Assembly (NCBI GenBank): GCA_965240325.2
Contig: OZ251230.1
Span: 930,001-994,000, forward strand
Reading direction: 5' to 3'
Origin: Rebecca billardiae RCC1528
Lineage: Eukaryota > Protista > Haptophyta
Length of the DNA: 64,000 nucleotides
Shown: in pieces, positions 12,753-22,694 of the stretch
Layout: each line of letters opens with the position of its first letter
Numbering within the stretch: the first letter of the stretch is position 1
Position numbers and translations under genes: made by a program
Notes under the pieces: generated by a model
Database searches by the model: none
Told to the model about the DNA's origin: nothing
Seen by the model: only the letters and a program-made list of their open reading frames with translations

Positions 12753-13110
12753 GGCGAGTCCAACTACTACTAACTTCGGCGAGTCCAACTACTACTAACC
12801 TCGGTGAGTCCAACTACTACTACTAACTTCGGCGAGTCCAACTACTACTAACTTCGGCGAGTCCAACTACTACTAACTTCGGCGAGTCCAACTACTACTA
12901 ACTTCGGCGAGTCCAACTACGACTACTAACTTCGGCGAGTCCAACTACTACTAACTTCGGCGAGTCCAACTACTACTAACTTCGGCGAGTCCAACTACTA
13001 CTAACTCAGGCGAGTCCAACTACTACTAACTTCGGCGAGTCCAACTACTACCAACTTCGGCGAGTCCAACTACTACTAACTCAGGCGAGTCCAACTACTA
13101 TTAACTTCGG
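12753..13110. repeat. Tandem minisatellite, 14 units of 25 bp (GGCGAGTCCAACTACTACTAACTTC)
   Basis: Counted directly. Units 3 and 7 have an extra triplet (28 bp); units 10 and 13 end in TCA. No unique spacers. Confidence 0.97.
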
Positions 13111-13480
13111 CCACAACATCACCCACCAGCTGCTGACCAAGAACAGGCTACACCATCGTCCACCATGACCTGCCACTGACCAAGTAGGCGACGACATCAT
13201 CCGCACCAGCTGCTGACCAAGTAGGGGACGGCCTGGCCGACGCCAACATGCTCACTCGCCTTTGATTTCGTACCCATGCACTTCCTGGTGGGCCTGACGA
13301 CGTCCGGACGACGACAACAACGACATCCGCCATGGGGACCAACATCAACGCGCTCACACCACTGCCACTGCTGCAAGCTTCGACCAGTACCACTACAGAC
13401 GAATCAGGAGAGCTGCGCCCTCGTGCCTGTGTCTTTAAATCATAGAATTAGTCGACGGGCGGCGTAATGGTGCGCACTGC

Positions 13481-14266
13481 TCAAGCATGCCGTCGCAGCC
13501 ACTCGCGACTTCGCAGGTCCGCCTGGCGCACGGGCTCGGGCACGCGGTGACGGCAGCACTGCCGTGTCATGCTGACCGCCGTCTCCAGCGTGACGCCGTG
13601 CCCGATCGAGATGAGGAGCGGCTTAAAGTCGCCGCCCTCCGCCGGGTCTGTCGTGCGCAGCGCCGCGCCCCACACGCGCCCCGACGTGCCGACCAGCTCG
13701 GCCGCGTCGCCCACGCCCACGCAGCGCTCGCGCACGAGCGCTCGCACGCTCTCGCGCGTCAGCCCGTCGACGCAGTGCAGCGACTTGCCCACGCCGATCG
13801 TCGGTATCCCGGCGAGCACGCCCAGGTGCGAGGCGAGGCCAAAGCCATGCGGGTGCAGAATGCCGTTCCCATCGACCATGATCAGCTCGGGCGCGAGCTC
13901 GGGATGCTCAGCGCGCAGCTCGCGGAGCAGGCGGAGGAGAAACCCCACCTCGCGAAAGGCGAGGTACCCCGGCACGTACGGCTCGCGCAGTGCCACACGC
14001 TCGCAGCGCTCGAACACGACCGAGAGCGTGCGCGCGTCGAGCACGACGAGCGCAGCGCACGCCTCCGTGAGCGAGTCCTTGACGAAGCTCACGTCAACGC
14101 CGCCGATGCGCTGGACCGACGCGGGATCTCGGAGGTCGCGCTTCGCGAGGAAGAGCGTGCGCAGTACCAGCTGCTGCACCCACCACCACAGCGTCTTCAG
14201 GCGCGCCGGCACCCACGACCCCATCGCTGTAGCAACCAAAACCAATCCGGGAGCGGAGAGCGACAT
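13481..14266 (-). CDS. ENDOV: Endonuclease V (inosine-specific)
   Basis: IGGVDVSF, PYVPGYLAFRE, MVDGNGILHPHGFGLASHLG, IGVGK, ISIGHG, RVPEPVRQAD. The start could instead be the second Met. Confidence 0.95.
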   Translation of the reverse strand: MSLSAPGLVLVATAMGSWVPARLKTLWWWVQQLVLRTLFLAKRDLRDPASVQRIGGVDVSFVKDSLTEACAALVVLDARTLSVVFERCERVALREPYVPGYLAFREVGFLLRLLRELRAEHPELAPELIMVDGNGILHPHGFGLASHLGVLAGIPTIGVGKSLHCVDGLTRESVRALVRERCVGVGDAAELVGTSGRVWGAALRTTDPAEGGDFKPLLISIGHGVTLETAVSMTRQCCRHRVPEPVRQADLRSREWLRRHA

Positions 14267-14334
14267 CCCGGATTCAGCGCAGTCTGGGCGCGAGATGCGA
14301 CGCTGATTGCGCGCAAGGCCATCGCAAAAACACG
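14267..14334. promoter_or_regulatory. Compact bidirectional promoter region (ENDOV / glutaredoxin)
   Basis: The divergent predicted start codons are only 68 bp apart. Confidence 0.55.
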
Positions 14335-15141
14335 ATGTGGGCCCTCCTCGCGCTCTCCGCCGTGGGCATGACGGCGCCCGCGAGCGTCGTGCCGAAGACG
14401 GCTCGTGTCACGCCGTCGCCGGTGCCCACCGTCTACGTGTACGACCACTGCCCGTTCTGCGTGCGTGTGCGCCTCGCGCTCGGCATCAAGAACGTGAAGC
14501 ACAACGTGGGCTTCATGGCCAACGACGACGTCGAGACGCCCACCAAGATGGTGGGCAAGAAGATCGCGCCGATCTTCGTCTACGGCGACACGACGATGCC
14601 AGAGTCGCTCGACATCATCGAGTACGTCGACTCGCGCGACGAGTTCGGCCCCACCGGCATGATCAAGCCGGCGAGCGGCCGCACTGACTTCAAGGCGTGG
14701 CAGAAGAAGGTGCAGACGATCATGCGCCAGCTGCAGCGCCCGCGGTACGTGAAGGCGGTGGGCTTCCCCGAGTTCGCGCAGAAGGATGGGCGCATGGCTT
14801 TCATCAAGAACCACCAGCTGCCGCCGTACGAGAAGGCCGAGTGGAAGGACGACTCGGTCGTGCCGATGGAGAAGCGGCTGCAGCTGTACGAGGAGGCGCT
14901 CGCCAAGTCGGGCGAGCTGCTGCCGCAGCTCAACGCGGCGCTCGCCGAGCTGGAGGACATGATCCACTGCCCGGAGTGCGCGACGGAGGGCGGCATCTCC
15001 CTCGACGACATCGACCTCTGGTCGCGGCTGCGCTCGGTCACGCTCGTGAAGGGCGCGGTGCTCCCGCCCAAGGTGCGTGCGTACATGGACTACTTCTCCG
15101 AGCTGGGCGACATGCCACTCTACGACTCGATGGCGATCTGA
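14335..15141 (+). CDS. grxB: Glutaredoxin 2 (GrxB family) with N-terminal signal/plastid-type leader
   Basis: YVYDHCPFCVRVR, MVGKKIAPI, MPESLDIIEY, SLDDIDLWSRLRSVTLVKG. Hydrophobic leader MWALLALSAVG. Confidence 0.92.
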   Translation: MWALLALSAVGMTAPASVVPKTARVTPSPVPTVYVYDHCPFCVRVRLALGIKNVKHNVGFMANDDVETPTKMVGKKIAPIFVYGDTTMPESLDIIEYVDSRDEFGPTGMIKPASGRTDFKAWQKKVQTIMRQLQRPRYVKAVGFPEFAQKDGRMAFIKNHQLPPYEKAEWKDDSVVPMEKRLQLYEEALAKSGELLPQLNAALAELEDMIHCPECATEGGISLDDIDLWSRLRSVTLVKGAVLPPKVRAYMDYFSELGDMPLYDSMAI

Positions 15142-15864
15142 GCTCACACTGCCCATCCGGCGGTCCACTACGACCGTATAGTGGCCATATCTAATCGCAA
15201 TATATTTAACGATATCGATGTGGCGGCATGCGCGCGCGCAACGATATATATATATTTATTTAATAACGACGTCACGCGGTATTAAACTTGGCCGCGACGG
15301 TCCTAGACTGAACGGGCAAGCGTTACTGCAGGCTCAGAGCTAGTAGCGTGCAGCAGACACATAGAATGCGTCCGCGCCTTCCGACTACGGACTAGGTCAG
15401 GCAGTGCGCCACTCGCAGCCCTGCCCCCCTGAGGGAGCGGGGCCGGGATGGAGCACCGCCTCTGCCTGGGGCACGCGGCGGCGACGGCAGATCAAGATGC
15501 CGCCGCGGCCGAGCGCCTCACGGAGCACTTGGTGATGACCGTGAATGCGCTGATCCCAGGGTGGTGAGTTTGCCTCCCCGTGCTGCTCGATCTGCTGAGA
15601 CTACAGCTTGCTGACTCTGAGTAGTGACTCTGACGCCTGCCCTTTGCATGCCACTTCGTTAAATTAATATGACAGCACGTAAGCTAGTCGCAGCAGCCGC
15701 AGCAGCAGCTGAGCAGTAGCAGTGTCAGCAGCAGCACTCAGCTGTCAGCACTCGGCCGAGCCATCCGAGGCTGGCGAGTGGCGAACCGAGTCGGACGGTA
15801 GTGGGTCCTCATGTAGTTCACTCACTCCGAAGCGCGCAGCCGAGCACTATAAATAGCATGGGCG

Positions 15865-15966
15865 GAGAGAGACGAGACGAGAGAGAGAGAAGTAGATAGA
15901 GACTAGAGCTAGACCGGAGAGAGACAGAGAGTCGAGAGAGACAGACAGAGAGAGAGAGATAGAGAC

Positions 15967-16041
<75 letters not shown>

Positions 16042-16172
16042 AGAGAGAGAGAGTAGAGAGAGAGAGAGAGAGTAGAGAGAGACAGAGAGAGACAGAGATC
16101 AGAGAGTATGTAGAGCAGTATAAAGAGAGTGAGAGAGAGAGATGTCAAGGACAAGAGAGAGTCAGAGAGAGA
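15865..16172. repeat. Degenerate (GA)n microsatellite
   Basis: Directly visible. Confidence 0.97.
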
Positions 16173-16281
16173 CGGTAGTCAGCTGAACTAGATCGAGTAG
16201 TTACTGCGGCTGAGTCAGCTGCTAGTAGCGCATGCTGCATGGTGAAGCTTCATCATTCGTCCGGTCGGTCTGAAGTCCGAG

Positions 16282-17499
16282 TCACGTCACGTGACTCACG
16301 ACAGCCGCAGCTGCGGCTGGTGGCGATGACACAGGGGCCGTGCTCCCATCCGCCGCTGCTGCCTGCGGCGTCACGAGGACGTTTGTCGCGACCCCCTTGG
16401 CGGTCTCCTTCGCCACCGCGCGCGAGATCGACTTGATGCCGAACGAGGCGACGTTGAGCACAGCGCGGCCGGCGGACTGCACGCTCCCACCAACCTTGGC
16501 GGCCGCAGCCTCCGCCTCTTCACCGTAGCGGTGGCCGACGGCGCCTGCCGCAGTGGCGGAGCCTGCGCCGAGGACGGTGTTGGTCGAGGTCTCGACAGCG
16601 CTGTACACCTCGCTCACCGCTGACGCCGACGCCGAGCCGAGCGCCGCCACCGACCTGCCGACCACCGAGCCGCGCACGGGCGCTCCGCTTGCGCCGTCAC
16701 GCGTGATGGTCGCAGCGGCCGCGCCGCCGACGCTGCTCGCAGCCGCGCCCACACCCGAGCGGACGCTGGCGGTGAGGTCCTCCGCCGCAGCCGTGACTGA
16801 GCTCGTGGCGTCGATGACCGTGGCAGTGGTGCTGCCGACTCGCACGGGCTCCGCCGTTGGGGCCACCTGCGCATGGGCGAGGGCCGGTGGCGCGAGCGCG
16901 TGAGGCGTTCCGCACCGCCGCGGCGGTCCCGATGCCGCCCCCTCTTCGCGTGGCCGCGCGCGGCGCGCGCGCACGTTGGTCTTGAAGGCCTGCAGGGCAG
17001 CGCCGAGACCCGTGTCCACGAGCGCTGCGCCGGCAACCAGTGCGCTCGCAGCGACCTTGCCCGTCGTCTCGATCGCCGACGCCGCATACTGGACGAGCAC
17101 CGGGGTGCCATCGTCGGCGCGCCGCACGGACGCGCCGAGCGCAGCTGCGAGCGTTCGCGTGTCGGCGTCCTCGTCGAGGACTGTGACGACGAGCGAAGGG
17201 GCGGTGGGCGCGCTGGCGGGTGCGAGGAAGAACTCGCGCGTGCCCTCCACGTGCGTGCACACGTACCCATCCGCCACGTCGCCGAGCGCGACGCGCAGCG
17301 GCGGGTCCGTGAGGTGCTGCAGCTGCCCGCCCTGGACGACGAGCGCGCCTTCGCCTTCGAGGTGGCGCGAGCCGTCGGGGCTGAGCGCGTGGCGCGTGGC
17401 GCGCGACACGCGGGCCGTTGGCGCCATGCTCATGGCCGTCGCGGCCTCGACCAGCCTGTCCTCCGCGTCCGAGCCGCTGGGTCCATCCGCCGCCGCCAT
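16282..17499 (-). CDS. Senescence/spartin-associated domain protein; in-frame intron 16867-16974
   Basis: The Ala/Ser/Thr-rich amphipathic C-terminal region with VYSAVE...VGHRYGEEA matches the senescence-domain H(K/R)YGEEA motif. GTGCGC..GCAG intron of 108 nt. Confidence 0.75.
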   Translation of the reverse strand: MAAADGPSGSDAEDRLVEAATAMSMAPTARVSRATRHALSPDGSRHLEGEGALVVQGGQLQHLTDPPLRVALGDVADGYVCTHVEGTREFFLAPASAPTAPSLVVTVLDEDADTRTLAAALGASVRRADDGTPVLVQYAASAIETTGKVAASALVAGAALVDTGLGAALQAFKTNVRARRARPREEGAASGPPRRCGTPHALAPPALAHAQVAPTAEPVRVGSTTATVIDATSSVTAAAEDLTASVRSGVGAAASSVGGAAAATITRDGASGAPVRGSVVGRSVAALGSASASAVSEVYSAVETSTNTVLGAGSATAAGAVGHRYGEEAEAAAAKVGGSVQSAGRAVLNVASFGIKSISRAVAKETAKGVATNVLVTPQAAAADGSTAPVSSPPAAAAAVVSHVT

Positions 17500-17570
17500 C
17501 GTCGATTGGCAAGGCAAGGCCAACTTGACTGGCACGTCCCACCGTCGTCGGCCCACTCGGGCACGGCGCG
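17500..17570. promoter_or_regulatory. Compact bidirectional promoter region (senescence-domain gene / RPC3)
   Basis: Divergent starts 71 bp apart. Contains ATTGG (reverse CCAAT) near 17505. Confidence 0.55.
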
Positions 17571-20470
17571 ATGTCCGCCGCGGCCGGCGGCGGTGACGAC
17601 GACCCCGACGTCCTCGAGCGTTGGATCCCGTGGTCCAACCGGCTTGCGAGCGTGCTTCTCCAGTACCACTTTGGCGAGGTCGTGGCCGAGGTTGCCTCGA
17701 CGCTGCTGGAGGAAGGCTCGCTCCCTTTTGGCGCGCTCGAGGCGCGCACCAACGACGCGATCCGCCGAGGGAACCCGGCATTGTCGAGCCACGCGGCGAG
17801 GGGGATCCGCGAGGCTGCGCCCGATGCGACGCTCACGCGCCAGCAGGTCGCCGACTGCGTGCTCATCCTCATGCAGCACGGACTCGTCGAGGCGCGCGAG
17901 CGCGACCTGTCGGCTCCGGTCGGGGACATGTCCGCGTCCAAGACGACGAAGCTGGGCAAGGGGTACGAGGGCAAGACGGACGTGACGCGGAAGCCGCAGC
18001 TCATCATGGAGTACACCATCTACCCGCGCCGCGTCTTCCGACGCCTCGCCTTTGCGCGCATGCTCGCGCACACGCGCGCGCGCGTCCGCGGCGACGATGA
18101 GCTCGCCAACCTCGCGGTCGCGCTCGTGGCGGTGGTGCAGTGCCGCGGCGCGGTGACGCAGGGGGACGCGATCGAGGAGGTGCTCGAGTGCATGCAGGCG
18201 GCCGAGCACCTCGCCGAGCGCGTCTCGCTCGTCGGCTCGCCGGCCGCGGACGCGGCGGCAGCAGATCCGACCACCGGCCCTTCGCCCGCGGCGACGGCGA
18301 TCGGCGCGCTGGCGCGAGGGACGCTGCCGCTGTCGCACGCGCAGGAGCGCGAGGCGCTCGTGGAGGCGGAGCTGACGCGGCAGCGCAACCAGCGCGCCAA
18401 GCCGCCCAAGCCGAGCCGCGCGCCCTTGCGCGCGCACAGCGCGGCGGAGCGCGCCGCGCTGCGCTCGAGGCTGGAGGAGGCGTGGCAGCTGCTCGCCCAA
18501 AACCGTTACGTGCTCCTCCGGCCGCCCAAGTTCGCGACGAGCTCCGCGGCGGGGGGGCGCGCGGGGGGCGGCGCGAGCGTGGCCGTGCAGCCGATCCCGT
18601 CGCCCGCGGAGCAGCCGGTCTCCAACGGGACGGCCGCCGCGGGCGCCAGGGGCGCGGGCGCTTCGGCGCGCGGCGGGCGCGGGCGCGCGCGCGGCGTCGG
18701 CCGGGGCAAGGGCAAGGGCGCGTCGGACGGCGACGCCGGCCCGGCGCGCAAGCGCGCGAGGGGCTCGCGCGTCATCGACGATGGCGACGACGCCGACGAC
18801 TTTGACGGCGTCGGCGTCGGCATGGCCGCGGCCGCGGCCGCGTCGGCGGCGGCGAGTGCCTTGGCCGCGCCCCCGCCCGCAGGGCCGCAGCAGCCACCCT
18901 CTGCGCTCTGGGCGCTGAACAGCGCGCAGTTCATCCGCGAGATGCGGCACCAGCACGTGGTGATGTGCGCGGAGCAGCGGTGCGGCCGCGCCGCCGCCGC
19001 GCTCGTCGGCGCCGTGCTGTGCAGGCACCGCCGCTCCGAGGGCCAGGCGTGCCCGGACGCAGACGCGGCCACGCCCTACTTCTCGTTGGAATCGATTTCG
19101 GAGTGGGTGCATGCCGAGCCGCTGGCGGAGCTGTACGTCGGGCCGAGCGCGGCGCTGGTGGAGACGGCGGCCGAGGCGGTGGCGGGCGGCGTCGTCGGGC
19201 CCGACGCCATCCCCACGCGCATCCGCGACGCGCTCCCCACCCCGCAGGCCGCCGTGCGTGCCCTGGCCGCGCTCGCGTCTGAGCCTCACGACGCCTCGAG
19301 CCTGCAGCAGCCGTTTGCGCAGGTGAGCGGCGGCAAGCTCGCGCTCGGGCCGAGGTGCACGGGGTGCATACACTCGGGGCTGCTCATGGAGTTTTGGCGC
19401 GAGCGCACGCTGGAGGTGCGCGCCGCCGCCGCGCCGCCGCGCGCCGCCGTCCACGCGGCGCGGCCGGCGCTCAGCCGCGCCGCCGCCCTGCCGCCGCGCG
19501 CCGCCGCCCTGCCGCCGTGCCGCGCCCGGACGCGCGCGCGCGCGCGCACGCACTGCAGACGCTGATCCGGGACAAGTACGGGCCGAGCCTCGCCCGCGTG
19601 TTCCGCGTGGTGCGCAGCGAGGGTAAGGCGGAGGAGAAGACCGTGGCCAAGCTCGCCATCCTCTCCGTGAAGGAGTGCCGCGCACACCTGTACCGGCTGC
19701 TGATGGCGGGCTACGTCGCCCTGCAGGAGGTGCGCACTGCGCACGGCGCGGCACGCACGCGGGCGCACAGCGGGCGCGCACCCCACGCACACACCGGGCA
19801 CGTACCGGGCACGCACCGGGCGCACAAAGGGCACCAAGCCCGCGCGCGAGCTCGCGACGTGTCGGCGCGTGCGCGCGCGCGCGAGGTGGCGCCCGCACCC
19901 GCCCGCGAGCCGCGGCGTGTGCTCCCGGCTGCGGCGTGTGCGCGCGCTGAGCTGCCCTCTCCACGCCCACCTGTGTGCGGCCCCGCCCCGCCCCCTGCAG
20001 GTGCCCAAGTCCGCAGAGCGCACCCCACAGCGCACCATCTACCTGTGGTACGTCGACCTGAAGGCCGCGATGCTCGCGGCCCTCAGCGAGCACACCAAGG
20101 TGCTGCTGAACACGCAGCTGCGGCTAATGGACGAGCGCGCGCGCAGCGAGGCCGCGGGGGAGTACCAGGGCCCGCTGCCGCACGCCGAGGAGCTCCTGCT
20201 GCTCAAGGTGCCGGGCAGGGTGGAGCACGAGTGCGCGCGCGGCCCGCCCGCGCGGCGCTCCGCCCAGACGCACGCCTGCCGATGCGCCCACGCGCGCCCA
20301 TCCTCTGAGGGCTCCAGCCGCGAGCTCACGGCGCCACGCCTCTGACTGACCTCGGCTGCCCCCACGCCGACCCCGCGCGCGCACTGATCAGGCGTCGGCT
20401 GATGATCGAGGCTCTGGAGGTCGCCACGTATCGGCTGTACGATGCAATGCTGGTCTTCTTCGAGCTCTGA
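17571..20470 (+). CDS. POLR3C: RNA polymerase III subunit RPC3 (RPC82/RPC62); introns 19416-19558, 19730-20000 and 20208-(20317 or ~20391)
   Basis: HFGEVVAEVA..LL..G, LILMQHGLV, WALNSAQF, IRDKYG..ARVFR, EEKTVAKLA, LQE|VPKSAERTPQRTIYLWYVD, and C-terminal LEVATYRLYDAMLVF. The last acceptor is uncertain. Confidence 0.92.
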
Positions 20471-20786
20471 CGCCTGCTGCGACTGATACCTGCTGCGACT
20501 GATGAACACAATAGTAGCTGACACTATAAGCATCGGATGCACGCAGCTATTGCCGGTCGTCTGCTAGCTGACAGTTACGGCACACGGTCCGTCAGCTCTT
20601 GGGGGCCCGCCCGACCGACCGTGACTCAATCATATCGTCGTCACTGTTGACCGTGTGTGAGTGCCCGCGGATTCATGAGTGGCACTGGCAGTTGCGCCTG
20701 CCACTCTGCTGTCCGCCGTGCTCGGACGATGTCAGATGCTGCTGAGGCGCAGGCTATGCCGCTATGCTCATCAGTCATGCATTCGG

Positions 20787-22620
20787 CCAAAGGAATCAAT
20801 CTCGGATGTATAGCTGCTACTTATAGTAGTGCTCCACGCCGCGGCGCCGCCGGTACGCAGTAAGCTATGTAGAGTACGCTGTAGAGTGTAGGCGCTAGCA
20901 CCCGGTGCGGCAAGTCAATCAGCAGTCTCCTAAGACTCGCTCGCCGGGTAAACACTCAAACAGTCGCTGACGCGCTACTAGTACTACTTACTGGCTGATG
21001 AGTAGCTACGGCACTAGATCTTAGAGTGGCCGATTCGTCCGGATGCTGCTGAGTACGGCCGCGGACTGCGTCTGCGAGTCTGCACGGCTCCCGCGCGCCA
21101 AACAGCGTAGTAACAGTTAGTTAGTACGTATCGTCGCGTCTGCTATATATCGTCGGTCTGCTGTACTCGATCGGATCTGCTAGCTAGCTAGTATACTCTT
21201 AAGTAGTGTCGCGTCGGACTTTGTCACTATAGTGCGTGTGACGATTGAATAATCTGAGATGACGAGTAGTGTCGTCTACTATATATATATCAGCACCGTA
21301 TGATTCCGTACCGAGCCTTCATTTATTTCATTAAGCCTAGCACGGTCAGTCGGCCGGGCTACTCGGCTTGAGTGCCACTGTGACGGTCCGCTGACCGGAC
21401 TCGGAGACTCGTATATATATATAGGGGGTCCGACCGTTGACGAACCACTTGAAGCCGGAGCAGCCCGTGACACAACTCAGTACTCACGAGTCACTCGTGA
21501 CACCGGTCCACCACGACGAGCCCACGACTCAGAATACCCGCTCGTGACTGAGCACAGAGCAGTGCTGAGCGGAGCTTGGCCTTCGGCCGCCACCCGCACG
21601 TACCACACGGCCCGTGACGTGCCACGAGGCCGCGGCCGGCCGTGCCTGACGACACTGACGTGACAGTCACGTCGGCACGTCCACACAGCGGCCAGCAGAC
21701 ACCAAAGGAATCAATCTCGGATGTATAGCTGCTACTTATAGTAGTGCTCCACGCCGCGGCGCCGCCGGTACGCAGTAAGCTATGTAGAGTACGCTGTAGA
21801 GTGTAGGCGCTAGCACCCGGTGCGGCAAGTCAATCAGCAGTCTCCTAAGACTCGCTCGCCGGGTAAACACTCAAACAGTCGCTGACGCGCTACTAGTACT
21901 ACTTACTGGCTGATGAGTAGCTACGGCACTAGATCTTAGAGTGGCCGATTCGTCCGGATGCTGCTGAGTACGGCCGCGGACTGCGTCTGCGAGTCTGCAC
22001 GGCTCCCGCGCGCCAAACAGCGTAGTAACAGTTAGTTAGTACGTATCGTCGCGTCTGCTATATATCGTCGGTCTGCTGTACTCGATCGGATCTGCTAGCT
22101 AGCTAGTATACTCTTAAGTAGTGTCGCGTCGGACTTTGTCACTATAGTGCGTGTGACGATTGAATAATCTGAGATGACGAGTAGTGTCGTCTACTATATA
22201 TATATCAGCACCGTATGATTCCGTACCGAGCCTTCATTTATTTCATTAAGCCTAGCACGGTCAGTCGGCCGGGCTACTCGGCTTGAGTGCCACTGTGACG
22301 GTCCGCTGACCGGACTCGGAGACTCGTATATATATATAGGGGGTCCGACCGTTGACGAACCACTTGAAGCCGGAGCAGCCCGTGACACAACTCAGTACTC
22401 ACGAGTCACTCGTGACACCGGTCCACCACGACGAGCCCACGACTCAGAATACCCGCTCGTGACTGAGCACAGAGCAGTGCTGAGCGGAGCTTGGCCTTCG
22501 GCCGCCACCCGCACGTACCACACGGCCCGTGACGTGCCACGAGGCCGCGGCCGGCCGTGCCTGACGACACTGACGTGACAGTCACGTCGGCACGTCCACA
22601 CAGCGGCCAGCAGACACCAA
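20787..22620. repeat. Apparently exact 915-bp tandem duplication of intergenic DNA (20787-21701 / 21702-22616)
   Basis: The same text recurs at offset 915, including identical ORFs 21279-21473 and 22194-22388. CCAA microhomology at the junctions. Confidence 0.95.
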
Positions 22621-22694
22621 TGCGCAGCATGATGCGCTCCGGGCGCGCGGCTGCGCGCGCCCGCCACCCCCTACCACCGCGGCCACCGACGGCC

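Larger units (their letters stand above)
11520..13453 (+). mobile_element. Putative mobile-element remnant: OTU ORF + tandem array between ~55-bp imperfect direct repeats
   Basis: GACGAATCAGGAGA...CCTGTGTC.TTAAATCATAGAAT.AGTC occurs at 11520-11575 and 13398-13453. The interior is C/A-skewed and visibly CpG-poor compared with the flanking genes. Confidence 0.6.

Noticed and set aside
12753-13110. CRISPR array
   Set aside because: Units are head-to-tail with no unique spacers, there are no cas genes, and the context is eukaryotic.
13293-13320. Hammerhead ribozyme core (CTGACGA-CGTCCGGACG) in the OTU module
   Set aside because: The required GAAA is absent (GACG instead), and I could not build stems I and III.
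15909-16154. Ser/Leu-repeat ORF
   Set aside because: Translation of a (CT)n microsatellite.
1861-17499. Functional cluster of alsin and spartin-like genes (both linked to human motor-neuron disease)
   Set aside because: They are separated by unrelated genes, and only the senescence domain is present (no MIT domain recognised). Likely coincidence.
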